The notes under the pieces are model-generated. The model saw nothing but the letters and a program-made list of their open reading frames with translations, did not search any database and was not told the origin of the DNA. A DNA stretch of 64,000 bases, taken from the NCBI RefSeq assembly GCF_009914755.1, contig NC_060933.1; one strand, given 5' to 3'. This document shows, in pieces, positions 1 to 13,860 of the stretch. A program made the translations under genes and the position numbers. Each line of letters starts with the position of its first letter. Within the stretch, counting starts at the first letter, position 1. The DNA comes from the human T2T-CHM13v2.0 reference genome, Homo sapiens.

Positions 1-139
1 GGTTGGTCTCCTGAAGTTCTAACTTGGAATTAAGTAAATCTGTAGGAGAAGGTGAAGGGGGGAAGAGTTGGGTCCATTTTGACTTCTGGCAGTATTCTTC
101 AGTGGGGAAAAACACCATCCTCATCCTCATTAACCACAT

Positions 140-310
140 ACATTTTGAACACCGTCTACTTTGAGCCCAGTTCTTATAGTCAATGCAATGATTGTGAATG
201 CCTCTGCTTGCTACAGGGACATTAATCGAGAGACAAAGAAGGCATCAATTCAAACTTCCTTGGACACCTTTTTTAAGAGACCTGGGCCATCCAAACCATC
301 CCCCAAAGCC
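140..310 (+). mobile_element. Probable Tigger/pogo-type DNA transposon remnant (transposase C-terminus)
   Basis: ORF 161-376 reads ...NASACYRDINRETKKASIQTSLDTFFKRP..., resembling the CYR...QTSL..FF C-terminus of Tigger transposases. Boundaries approximate, no TIR seen. Confidence 0.5.
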
Positions 311-1283
311 CTTCTAAATTCTAAGAAGGCAAGCAAAATTATTGTTAATAAAATGTTTAATGTTTATTATGGCTAGCCTATTAGCTTACATCAAATTTCT
401 GGTATGGTAGAGTTGTAATTTTTTTTAATCAGTATTTACACATTACATTGGGATCCTGAATAATCTGTGTGTAGTGTATTTTGTGCCTATTGGGCCTTAA
501 AGCACAATTTTACTACTTTCAGCAGTTCCAGAGTACTACAGTTATTTGGGATTTTTGTTGTTTTCTTGCTTTCATTTCATTTTTCAAACTACTGATTGGC
601 ATGTCCAAATTGTTTGAGAAGGGGTGCTTTGCCAGGAAGTAGCCAAAAATCTCACATAATTGTACAGTTTCAGAAACAGGAGAGCCTTGGAGGCCCTGTG
701 TACTGGAAGAGTCAATGAAACTAGATAGAGAAAGGGCTTTTGGTATTAAAAAGCATTAGATAAATATCAGAGGTTGTATGTGTTTTTGTGCACCTATTTC
801 TAGGAAATAATTCTGAAATATAAATGGCTCATTCCTTTAAGTGGAGAATTTTTAGAGTGAACCTTTTTGGAAAAGCTGCCTAAAGCTGACTCTAGCTGGC
901 ATCGAGTCAGCCTTTGTGAAGAGAAAGCCAGTATGCTAGCTAGCCATCTGGGGTGGCATTGCAGCATTTTTTTCCTCTTTGGCAAGAAGTCATACCTGGG
1001 CTTCTGGAAGTCAGGGCCTGACTGGAAGGGAAGCTAATCTGAAAATTACATGATACAAAAGCAGCTCTATGACCAGAAGGGCTGGGGACAGCTTTCTTAA
1101 AACGTCAAGGAACTGACTATATAAGCACATTGTTTGATCCACAGACTCTTGGATCATTGTACAATTTGTGTTTTGAGGGGTGCAACGTTTTCCTGTTGCT
1201 GTAACCCTGCTGTGTGTTCCCTGCATGAATAAAACAAGTGTGGGAGCCTCTTTCTTCATCAAGAAGATGAAGTTCTTCATGTG

Positions 1284-1503
1284 CAGGGGTCAGTAGCCCT
1301 TTTCTCTAAGGGCCAAATAGTAGGTTCATTTGGCTTTGTAGCCTGTTTATATAGTCTCTGTCACAACTAGTCTGCTTGGCCATTTTAGTACATAAGGAGC
1401 CATACATAAATAAATGAGTGTGACTGTGTTCCAATGGAGCTTATTTTACAAAAACAAGTGGTGGGCCAGAATTGGCCACTGGACCACCGGTTCCCAACCC
1501 CTG
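1284..1503 (+). mobile_element. MER58A-like non-autonomous hAT-Charlie element
   Basis: Starts CAGGGGTCAG, ends CCAACCCCTG (inverted termini), ~220 bp; followed by CTCTAGAG, the Charlie target-site consensus. Confidence 0.75.
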
Positions 1504-2817
1504 CTCTAGAGCCTTGAGGCAGATTTTCACACCATTTTATATCTCCTCAGAACTACATAGATACCTTGAGTTCTGAAAATAAGGTTTTGTTTTGTCTGCA
1601 TTTCTTCTCAGGTCCTTGTGAGTGTTGTAACAGCTTTCCTAATAAAGCAGCAAAACCTGTTAAGCATCAACATTTATTTTTTTAGAAATTATTTTATGTG
1701 GAGGTCCTCTTAAAGTTTGTTTGGGTGTTTTTAGTACTATCTTCTTAGAGAATACCGAAGTTTTTCTCTTGATTCAGAACCATTAAAGGTTGTGTTTATG
1801 AAGCTATCCAGATATATGTAGTTATTGCCCCTATTCTGAAAGGCACCAGGCTATGTGCTACTTCACATTGGATTTGCCTTTCATAGGCTGCTCCCTCTTC
1901 TATCTACAAGGGTCTGCTGTCACTTCCTGTTGCTGTCTCCTGACTTGCCTATAGTGTAGTACCTCTGCCCTCTCAATCTCTTAATTTACCCTTAATCAAA
2001 ACTTAATAGACCTGGGATTGAAATACTAGTACACTGATATAATAACAAATGAAGATCTGAGTAAATACATAGACATTTTCCAGTGCACTTTGACTACTCA
2101 GAAAACTTGACTTGGGCCAACTTTTTATAGCTTAACTGTTTTTAGATAGATGAAACTGATGGTTCCAAAGAAATGAGGTATTGCAACAAAATTTCAAGGT
2201 ATGGTAAATAAAATCAGAAGAACTTTACATCATAAAAGTCTGGTAACATGTCAGTCTTTTCCCCAAATACTAAAAAAGAAGAGTGCAATGTTTCTCCGTA
2301 TTTCCGAAGTTTCAACTCTGCGCCCCTCTGCTTTTTCCTCAGCCCATATTGACTCCTGTCTTCCCTGAAAGTAGCTGCATTGCCACACTTTATATTTTAT
2401 TATATTTCATCCTCTAGTGTTTCATGTCTGTGCCCTAACTAAAATTGTAAGCACCCTAAGATTGTGTTATAAATCTCTGAATTTTTCCCTATACTGCCAC
2501 CCTAGAACATTAAAGACCGCTTGATACCCAGGAAGTTCTTAATGGCCATTTGATTACTCAAATGTTAACATTTGTTTCAGCTAAATTTATTAAACTGTTT
2601 GATTGTCTCATACTGTGAAAATACCTGGATTTAATAAAAATTATTTTCAATTTATATTTCTTTAGACTACTATGCTGCCAGAAAAACACATAGTTCTCTG
2701 GGAGAGTAGATAAAGGAAGAGAGGGACTAAAGTCTAGTAACCTAATATAAAGGTTGCAAAAGACTTGATGTATTTTTCTATATATGAGGCTGAGTGGGTA
2801 GTGGAAATTGAATATAG

Positions 2818-3099
<282 letters not shown>

Positions 3100-3165
3100 T
3101 AGGCTCAGCATCTGGTGAACCTGATGTCTGCCTTTCAAAGCCTCTGATAAAAGCTATTGGATGTT

Positions 3166-3470
3166 GGCCGGGCGCAGTGGCACACAACCGTAATCCCAGC
3201 ACTTTGGGTGGCCGAGGCAGGGGGCATTGCTTGAGCCCAGGAGTTTGAGACTAGCCTGGGCAACATGGCAATACCTTGTTTCTACAGAAAATAGAAAAAA
3301 AAAAAATTAGCCAGGTGTGGTGGCGCACACCTGGAGTCTTAGCTACTCAGAAGACTGGAGGCCGAGGTGGGAGGATCACTTGAACCTAGGAGTTTGAGGC
3401 TACAGTGAGCCATGATTGTTCCCCACTGCACTCCGTCTCAGAAGACAGACAGGGTGTCTCAAAAAAAAAA
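3166..3470 (+). mobile_element. Alu (old, AluJ-like) with TSD
   Basis: GGCCGGGCGCAGTGG start and A tail; flanked by aaaagctattggatgtt / aaaagctactagatgtt. Confidence 0.9.
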
Positions 3471-4651
3471 GCTACTAGATGTTCTTACTATTGAGGAAAA
3501 TAGTGTGTGTTTGTGTGCGTGCGCACGCGTGTATTTTTTGAATGTAGGCATTCCATTAAATTTATAGCTAAGGCCTATTTCATAAGCACCTGGCCTCAAG
3601 GGATCCTCCCACCTCAGCCTCCCCAAGTGGTGGGATTACAGGGATGAGACACTGAACCTGGCCCGGGAAGCATTTCCTGAAGTCTACAAGCTAAGTTAGG
3701 ATGCTGTGCGTTTAAACTGTAAACCGCTTGCTCTTACAGGCTTGCCACTCTGCTGTTCTTAAGTCTTCCTACTTCAGGGGTCTTCAACCCACAGGCCACA
3801 GACTGGTACTACTCCATGACCTGTTAGAAACCAGGCCGCATGAGCAGTGAGGAAGCCTCATCTGTATTTACAGCCACTCCCCATTGCTCACATTACTGTC
3901 TGGGCTCCACCTCCTGTCAGATCAATGGTGGTATTAGATTCTCATAGGAACGAGAATCCTATTGTGAACTGCACATGTGAGGGGGCTAGGTTGTGTGCTC
4001 CTTAGAAGAATCTAATGCCTGATGATCCGAGGTGGAGCTGAGGTGGTGATGCTAGAGCTGAGGTGGTGATGCTAGCACTGGGGAGTGGCTGCAAATACAG
4101 ATTAACATTAGCAAAGAGGTTTGACTTTACAGAGATGATAATAAATCAATTGCTTGCAGACTCATCAACCCCTATCTGTGAGTGGCAAGTGACAAGCTGC
4201 ATCTGGTGGCAGGCTTTATAGTGGCAAGTGAGTTGGTGTACTTCAGTTGTACAGCTGTATCTGGTGACAGGCTTTAAGTCAGAATCTGATGCTTTTTTTA
4301 GTCAGTGCATGGCCTGCCCATTTTTTTATTTACCACTTCCATCCACACCTCTTTCCCGCACTGCGTATTTGTCTCAGTCACAGTTTTGTTAGGCCCACAA
4401 GCTAACTATCCAACATGAGTAAAAAACGTCGCTGGAGAGCTTCTTTGAGAAGGGGGAAAGACCCAATAATGAGACAGCAGAAGACAAGACTGCCAATGAA
4501 AAGAAAGCTTCATTGAAAAGAAAATACCAAGAGTGCTACTTAAATTACAGGTTCATTGCAACAGATGATTCACATTCTCCAAGCCCACTTTGTATAATAT
4601 GTGGCAACAAGCTATCCAACAAAGCCATGAAACCTTCAAAACCACTTCACT

Positions 4652-4949
4652 GGCTGGGCACAGTGGCTCATGCCTGTAATCCCAGCACTTACAGAGGCCG
4701 AGGTAGATCACCTGAGGTCAGGAGTTCAAGACCAGCCTGGCCAACATGGGGAAACCCTGGCTCTGCAAAAATACAAAAATTAACCAGGCATGGTGGTGCA
4801 CACCTTTAGTCCCAGCTTCTCGGGAGGCTGAGGCATGAGAATTGCTTGAACCTGGGAGGCGGAGGTTGCAGTGAGCCGAGATTGTGCCGCTGTGCTTTAG
4901 CCTGGGCGATAGAGCAAGACTCCATCTCAAAAAACAAACAAACAAAAAA
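4652..4949 (+). mobile_element. AluS-like element inserted in the transposase BED finger
   Basis: Full Alu dimer; TSD aaaaccacttcact / aaaactgcttcacc. Confidence 0.92.
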
Positions 4950-5953
4950 AAAACTGCTTCACCACTTGGAGACCAAGCACCCTGCGTTTAAAAGACAAGC
5001 CTTTGGAGTTTTTCAAAAGAAATAAACATGAACGTGAAAAACAGAGGCAATTATTGAAAGCTCCCACTTCATCAAATGTGACTGCACTGAGAACATCTCA
5101 TTCTTAGTGGCTAACTGCATTGCTAAAGCTAAGAAGCCCTTAACTAACTGCATTGCTAAAGTAAGAAGCCCTTTACTATTGAAGAGTTGATCCTGCCTGC
5201 TGCTAAGGACATTTGTCATGAACTTTTAGGAGAGGCTGCAGTTAAGCTGCAGTTCAAAAGGTGGCACATGTTCCTCTTTGAGCTAGCACCATAACTAGAT
5301 GAATTGATGACATAGTAGAGGATATTGAGGCATAGTTGTTAGAGAGGATTGATGAGTCACCGTGGTACACATTGCAGGTTGACAAGTCTGCCGATGTTGA
5401 CAACATGGCAACAATGCTTGTTTTTGTGCAATATATTTTCAGGAGGATGTGCATGAGACTATGTTATGTGTACTTCGTTGCCAACCAGCACCACAGCTGC
5501 AGAACTATTCAAGTCTTTTGAACGATTACATATCAGGAAAACTGAATTGGTCATTTTGTGTCGTATATGCACAGATGGAGCGGCTGCCATGGCTGGACGG
5601 CTTTCTGGTTTCACTACTCGAGTCAGAGAGGTCGCTTCTGGATGTGAGTCTATGCACTGTGTCATCCATAGAGAAATGCTGGCTAGCTGACAAATGTCAC
5701 CTGAACTTAACGTTTTGCAGGATGTGATTAAAATTAACCACATTAAAGTACATGCCCTTAACCCATGTCTGTTCACGCAGTTCTGTGAGATGGATGCAGA
5801 GAATACTTCTCTTACACAGAGAAGCGAGATGGCGTTCTAAAGGTGGATCACTGGCCAGAGTTTTTGAGTTAAGAGGCCTGCTCCAGAGATTTCTCTAAGA
5901 ATAACAGTCACCACTAGCAGAACATTTTAGTAACACAGAATGAGTGGTAAAAC

Positions 5954-6183
5954 TTTTTTTTTTAAGTTCAGGGGTACATGTGCACGTTTGTCGCAGAGAT
6001 AAACGTGTACCATCCCATCACCTAAGTATTAAGCCCACTGTCCATTAGCTAGTTTTCCTGATGCTCTCCGTCCCCAGCCTCCACAGGCCCCAGTGTGTGT
6101 TGTTCCCCTCCATGTGTCCATGTATACTCATCATTCAGCCCCCACTTACAAGTGAGAACATACGATACTTAGTTTTCTGTTCT
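5954..6183 (-). mobile_element. L1PA-type 3' end fragment (antisense, 5'-truncated)
   Basis: Poly-T then aagttcaggggtacatgtgca...cccacttacaagtgagaaca, the reverse complement of a primate L1 3'UTR. Confidence 0.85.
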
Positions 6184-7329
6184 GAGCATTGGGATTTTTG
6201 ACATGTTTCAAACAGTAGGAGTGATTTTTGAAAGAGAGTGAGCCAGGGCCTTCTTTCTCACAGCTGGTGCATGATCACCTATCTCAGCTCTCAAAAGAGT
6301 TTGAGCATTACTTCCCAACCACAAAAGACCCCCGAACTGGGAAGGAATGGATCCACAACCCATTTATGAATAAGCCAGGTCAATCGACTTTGTTCATGCT
6401 TGAAGAGGATCAACTGGTTGAGATCACAAATGGCAGTGGCCTTAAAAGTATGGTTTGAGACAACTTCAAAATCTCCATATATTCTGGATTAAAGTCGAGG
6501 TGGAATATCCTGAGATTGCCAAAAAAGCACTGAAAAACCTGCTTCCATTTCCAATATCCTATCTTTGTGAAGCAAAGTTTTCTGCAGTGACAGCAACCAA
6601 AACAAGATTATGGAGTATACTGGACATAAGCAGCACACACTTCGAATGTCACTGTCTCTCATTGCCCCCAGATGGGACTGTCTAGTTGCAGGGAAAACAA
6701 GCTCAGGGTTCCCATTGATTCCACATTATGATGAGTTGTATAATTATATCATTATATATTACAATGTAATAATAGAAATAAAGTGCAGAATAAACATAAT
6801 GCGTTTGAATCATCCTGAAACCATCCCCCCACCCCCAGGCTGTGGAAACATTGTCTTCCACAAAACTGGTCCCTGGTGCCAAAAAGGTTGAGGACCGCTG
6901 TCCTACTGCACTACAGTCATCATCTTGGGTAGATACTTATCTCCTGATTCACAGGGCCTGACACTGAGTAGGTACTTGGTACCTGTTTGTTATTGCCAGC
7001 TATAAATAAAATAGCTTTCCCTTCCATTGACATATGACCAGAGTTTTAAAAGGTAATGATTTCAAATAACTATATGTTAGATTCCGTTTTTCATTCATAA
7101 GGGAAATAATCTCTGATCATAACATAGAATTAAAAGATGATTTTCAGTAGTTTTGGCATTTGACCCAGGATTTATACATATTTTACAGATTTACAGATTT
7201 TAAGAAATAACTAATACTTTCTACCCAAGATATTCCTCCTGATTAGTTTGTGTTTTCTTTGCATGCTGAGTTTGTTTATTCTCAGTCACTCTTAGAATAA
7301 AACGCTTCTCACGTACAGGTGGCTTAGAG

Positions 7330-7659
7330 CAGCAGTCTCCAACCTTTTTGGCACCAGGGACTGGTTTCATGGAAGACAGTTTTTCCACAGATGCAGGGAA
7401 GGGGTTGGGGGCGGCAGCTGAATGGTTTTGGGATGAAACGGTTCCACCTTAGATCAGGCATTAGATTCTCATAAGGAATGCACAGTCCAGATCCCTCACA
7501 TGCGCAGTTCACAATAGAATTTGCACTCCTATGAGGATCTAACAGGTGATGTGACAGGAGGCGGAGTTCACGTGGTAATGGTCACTGGCCTGCTCTTCAC
7601 CACCTGCTGTGCGGCCCAGGCCACAGACCAGTACCAGTCCTGGGAGTTGGGAACCCCTG
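7330..7659 (-). mobile_element. MER1B-like non-autonomous Charlie3 derivative
   Basis: ~330 bp with the same termini as the 3775-6900 element in inverted orientation; degenerate 8-bp TSD gcttagag/gtttggag. Confidence 0.88.
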
Positions 7660-9211
7660 GTTTGGAGGAAGCAGAATGATTAGTTTTCACATCAGTCAGC
7701 ATGAGTATTTCTTTTCTTTAAAAATTAGCACATATGACAGAAATTATCAAGAAAATAGAGGAGGAAAAGCATCAAGGAGTTTGGGTGCAGTTAATGGTAT
7801 AATTCTCTGGAAGCATTTTTACAGTTTTATTTTGAAGCATATTGAGACAGGCAAAAATTAATGAGTTATAAGGTGGTAAAATGGACAGAGAATAGGACAT
7901 CTCACTTATTTCCAAATGTTATGTCCCTTTGTCCCTTCTACAGTTTTTCCATTTTTCCTAAAAACCATTTGTGCTTGTTGTCTATTTAAGTTCACCTCAA
8001 ACAGGAAGAACAGCCACATGTGCAAGAGCCAGTAAAGGACATTCCTTGGAAGGTGGGGGGCAGTTCCTGAGAGCAAAGATGGGTCAGCCAACAAATACTT
8101 GAGCATTTCCTATGTGCCAGGCACTGCGGAAAATAGTGGTTTAAAAAAAAAAGGAACAAAAAAACAAGGTTCCTACCCTCTTGGACCTTACAGAGAAATG
8201 GTGTTTTTTTTTTTTTGTTTTTTTTTTTTAAATCATAAATAGGCTAGGTATGGTGGCTCACACTTGTAATCCCAACACTTGGGGAGGGTGAGGCAGGATG
8301 ATTGCTGGAATCCAGGAGTTCAAGACCAGCCTGGGCAACATAGACAAACCCTATCTGTACAGAAAAAATTGTTTTAAATTAAGAATTCTAAATAATAATT
8401 GCAAGTAAGCAAAGTGTGTTGTAATGGAGAAGCACCACATACTCATGGTGAGAGCCTATGACCTGGCATTGGGAGGTCTGGTGAGTAAGACTGCCTAAGG
8501 AAGTGATGTTGACTGAGACTCCAAGGTGGAGTCAGAGTTAGCCAAGCAAAGAGGATGGAAAGAGCATGCAGAGACCAGGAGGCAGGTGAGAGCATGGTGT
8601 GCTCTAGGACCCAGGAGAAGCAAGAACTGCCGCACTAGAGGTCCGAACAACCAGCTAGAGATGCAGGTGCCTCTCAGCCTCCTGTCCCCTGAGTCACAGG
8701 GTTATTATGGGTGTTTCTCAGGTTCCTGATTTGAGCAGCTGACTGTGACTCTGGTAATGATACCCAAGAGAAGGTACATGATTTTTTTTTTTTTAACTTT
8801 TTACTGTCAAAAATTTCAGACAGTGACAAAGGGTAAAAATAATAGCAAAATGAACCCCCATGTTCTTATCACTCAGCTTCAGCAATTATTGGTCATAGCT
8901 GATCTTATTTTATTCCTGCATACCCTTACCTTCTTCCCCACTCCATATAATTTTGAAGCAAATCTTAGCCATTGTATCATTTCATCAGCGAGAATTATAG
9001 TGTTTGTCTTATCTACCAGGACTTCTAGCTCTCTGATTTTATGGGACTCTATCGGACAAAGGGACTGAGCTGTAGCACATAGTAGAAAGAAAGTGACTGC
9101 AGTTCGTGGCCTTACAGCATTTGTTCTGTGAGCCAGCCCACAGATCCTCAACACTTTGTCCCCTGTGGAGCGTCGAGGATATTTAATGAATCCCTTTTGG
9201 ACTATTTTTAG

Positions 9212-9330
9212 AAGGAGAAGATGAGGAAGACGAGGACGATGAGGATGGTGAAGAAGAGGAGTTTGATGAAGAAGATGATGAAGATGAAGATGTAGAAGGG
9301 GATGAGGACGACGATGAAGTCAGTGAGGAG
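9212..9330 (+). CDS. ANP32B: ANP32B coding exon (exon 5), acidic region
   Basis: Acceptor tttttAG|, donor GAG|GTCAGT, 119 nt, phase fits exon 4. Encodes (E)GEDEEDEDDEDGEEEEFDEEDDEDEDVEGDEDDDEVSEE. Confidence 0.97.
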
Positions 9331-10361
9331 GTCAGTGCAGCTGTTTTCTACCCTGCTTCCTATTTGTAATTACAACAAAAGTGGGGGTTTCAAAAAGATG
9401 ACAAAAGAAAAGAAAAAACACCTTTTGAAGAAATTAGTATACCTGTGAATACATTTACAATATGAATCTGGTTAATTTAGTGTTTGTCTGGCTTTAAATA
9501 ACTACTAAATAGAATGCCTACTGAACTCAAACTAGTACGGTTCCTGGCTGTGCAAGGTAAGTTCTGGCCCTCTGGGGGAAGGAATGAATTGAGTATTCAG
9601 TGTGGTGAGAAAACTGGACATGTTGAGAATTGATGGTATGTCTGTTCCTTCATTGAATTGTAGGGAAGTTTATGTTTACCAAGTCTAAACTTTTTCTTGT
9701 ATATTCAGTGTAATTCAGTAAATATATATCTGCTATGTTAAAGAGTTGGGAGTACAAAATGAAATGAGATTGTGGTCCTGCCCTGAAAGAGCACAGTCTG
9801 GTTTATGAAATACCCAATAATAGAGGATCCCTGAGGAAATAAATGCTATACGAGGGCAGGAGAAAACAGTGTCTTGACTTTGACCCTCAAAGAGGTTTGG
9901 GAAACAGGCAGACAACATTAGTTGTTAACAAAACGCATCCTCTTTTGTAGTATAAAAATAAGGCTTGGGGTTTGTGTGATGTCATTAGGTGTATGATTGA
10001 CATTAAAGTTCTGAAAGAAGCTTTGTATATGAATGGGATATAGAAATTTTTGTCTAAATCTGTTTTGAAATTTGAGATTTTAAGATGTTTTCTTGAATTA
10101 TCCAGAGTTATATACTAATTAAACATCTAGCAAATGAACTGCTTGCTTCTAAAAAAAATTTTTCTTAGAAAAATTATAAAGCTCGTTAAGGAAAATCAGT
10201 GGGTCTTGGTACATCAAAGTAGATAAAAATAACATTACAGTTTCCTGCTTGATTGATATTGTTGCATTTATTTGTACTTCTTAGTTTGGCAGAATTTGTA
10301 CTATATGCACTTTTCAATTTGGCAGAATTAATTTAATGTTATGCTGTTTGCTATTCTTTAG

Positions 10362-10413
10362 GAAGAAGAATTTGGACTTGATGAAGAAGATGAAGATGAG
10401 GATGAGGATGAAG
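10362..10413 (+). CDS. ANP32B: ANP32B coding exon (exon 6), acidic region
   Basis: Acceptor ttctttAG|, donor G|GTGGGC, 52 nt. Encodes EEEFGLDEEDEDEDEDE. Confidence 0.96.
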
Positions 10414-10495
10414 GTGGGCCTAATGCATGCATTTTGATCATTCTCAGTTAAAAATTAGAGAAAAACATCCATTATTTAGAATATGATACCACTGA

Positions 10496-12995
<2,500 letters not shown>

Positions 12996-13304
12996 CTCAG
13001 GTTAATAATAAGCACTTTAATAATTGCTAGATTTGTAAAAAGAAACATTTGGAAGACAACACCTTAAAATCGAGGAAACTGGATTAACTTTTCCTGGGTG
13101 AGTTGAGGTGCTGCTGTGCATTTTGCTTTTCTTGGTTCTGTGGTCACCACTTATACTTGCTATTAGTCACCTATATTAATCTGATCAAGTTTACATTGTT
13201 TTATCTCCTAACTGTCAAAAACTTTGTTGTTGTTGCCTCCATTGGCAATAATCTAAGCAAAATGCCTTTCCACTGTCCTAAAGTCAATTTTTGTTACTGT
13301 ACAG

Positions 13305-13372
13305 AGGAGGAAGAAGGTGGGAAAGGTGAAAAGAGGAAGAGAGAAACAGATGATGAAGGAGAAGATGATTAA
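13305..13372 (+). CDS. ANP32B: ANP32B terminal coding exon (exon 7) with KRKR NLS and stop
   Basis: Acceptor ctgtacAG|. Encodes (E)EEEGGKGEKRKRETDDEGEDD then TAA at 13370-13372. Confidence 0.98.
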
Positions 13373-13734
13373 GACCCCAGATGACCTGCAGAAACAGAAC
13401 TGTTCAGTATTGGTTGGACTGCTCATGGATTTTGTAGCTGTTTAAAAAAAAAAAAAAGGTAGCTGTGATACAAACCCCAGGACACCCACCCACCCAAAGA
13501 GCCAAAGAATAGTTCCTGTGACATTCCGCCTTCCTTCCATGTAGTCCCTCTTGGTAATCTACCACCAAGCTTGTGGACTTCACCCCAACAAAATTGTAAG
13601 CGTTGTTAGGTTTTTGTGTAAGATTCTTGCTGTAGCGTGGATAGCTGTGATTGGTGAGTCAACCGTCTGTGGCTACCAGTTACACTGAGATTGTAACAGC
13701 ATTTTTACTTTCTGTACAACAAAAAAGCTTTGTA

Positions 13735-13740
13735 AATAAA
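13735..13740 (+). terminator. ANP32B: Proximal polyadenylation signal AATAAA
   Basis: Preceded by several TGTA motifs and followed by a GT/T-rich tract (tttgggtctgtttttt). Confidence 0.75.
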
Positions 13741-13860
13741 ATCTTAACATTTTGGGTCTGTTTTTTCATGCTTTGCTTTTTAATTATTATTATTATTTTT
13801 TTTACATTAGGACATTTTATGTGACAACTGCCAAAAAAGTATTTTTAAGAATTTAAGCGA

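Larger units (their letters stand above)
4415..6710 (+). pseudogene. Disrupted hAT (Buster-class) transposase of the Charlie3 element
   Basis: In order across frames: BED finger (PLCIICGNKLSNKAMKPSK...HLETKHP), LQVDKSAD (first catalytic D), CTDGAAAM (second D), HCVIHREMLAS (CxxH), FWIK...YLCEAKFS (hATC domain, catalytic E). Broken by frameshifts, stops, an Alu and an L1. Confidence 0.9.
3775..6900 (+). mobile_element. Near full-length Charlie3-type (MER1 family, hAT/Buster) DNA transposon fossil
   Basis: TIRs CAGGGGTCTTCAACC and GGTTGAGGACCGCTG (13/15 complementary); 8-bp TSD tcctactt/tcctactg with central TA; internal transposase fragments. Confidence 0.92.

Noticed and set aside
4513-6891. 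Possible domesticated ZBED-type gene
   Set aside because: Frameshifts, stops, insertions and a deletion, with TIRs and TSD retained: a decaying transposon.
13103-13304. Upstream extension of the ORF ending at the ANP32B stop
   Set aside because: Intronic read-through; the exon begins at the acceptor at 13305.
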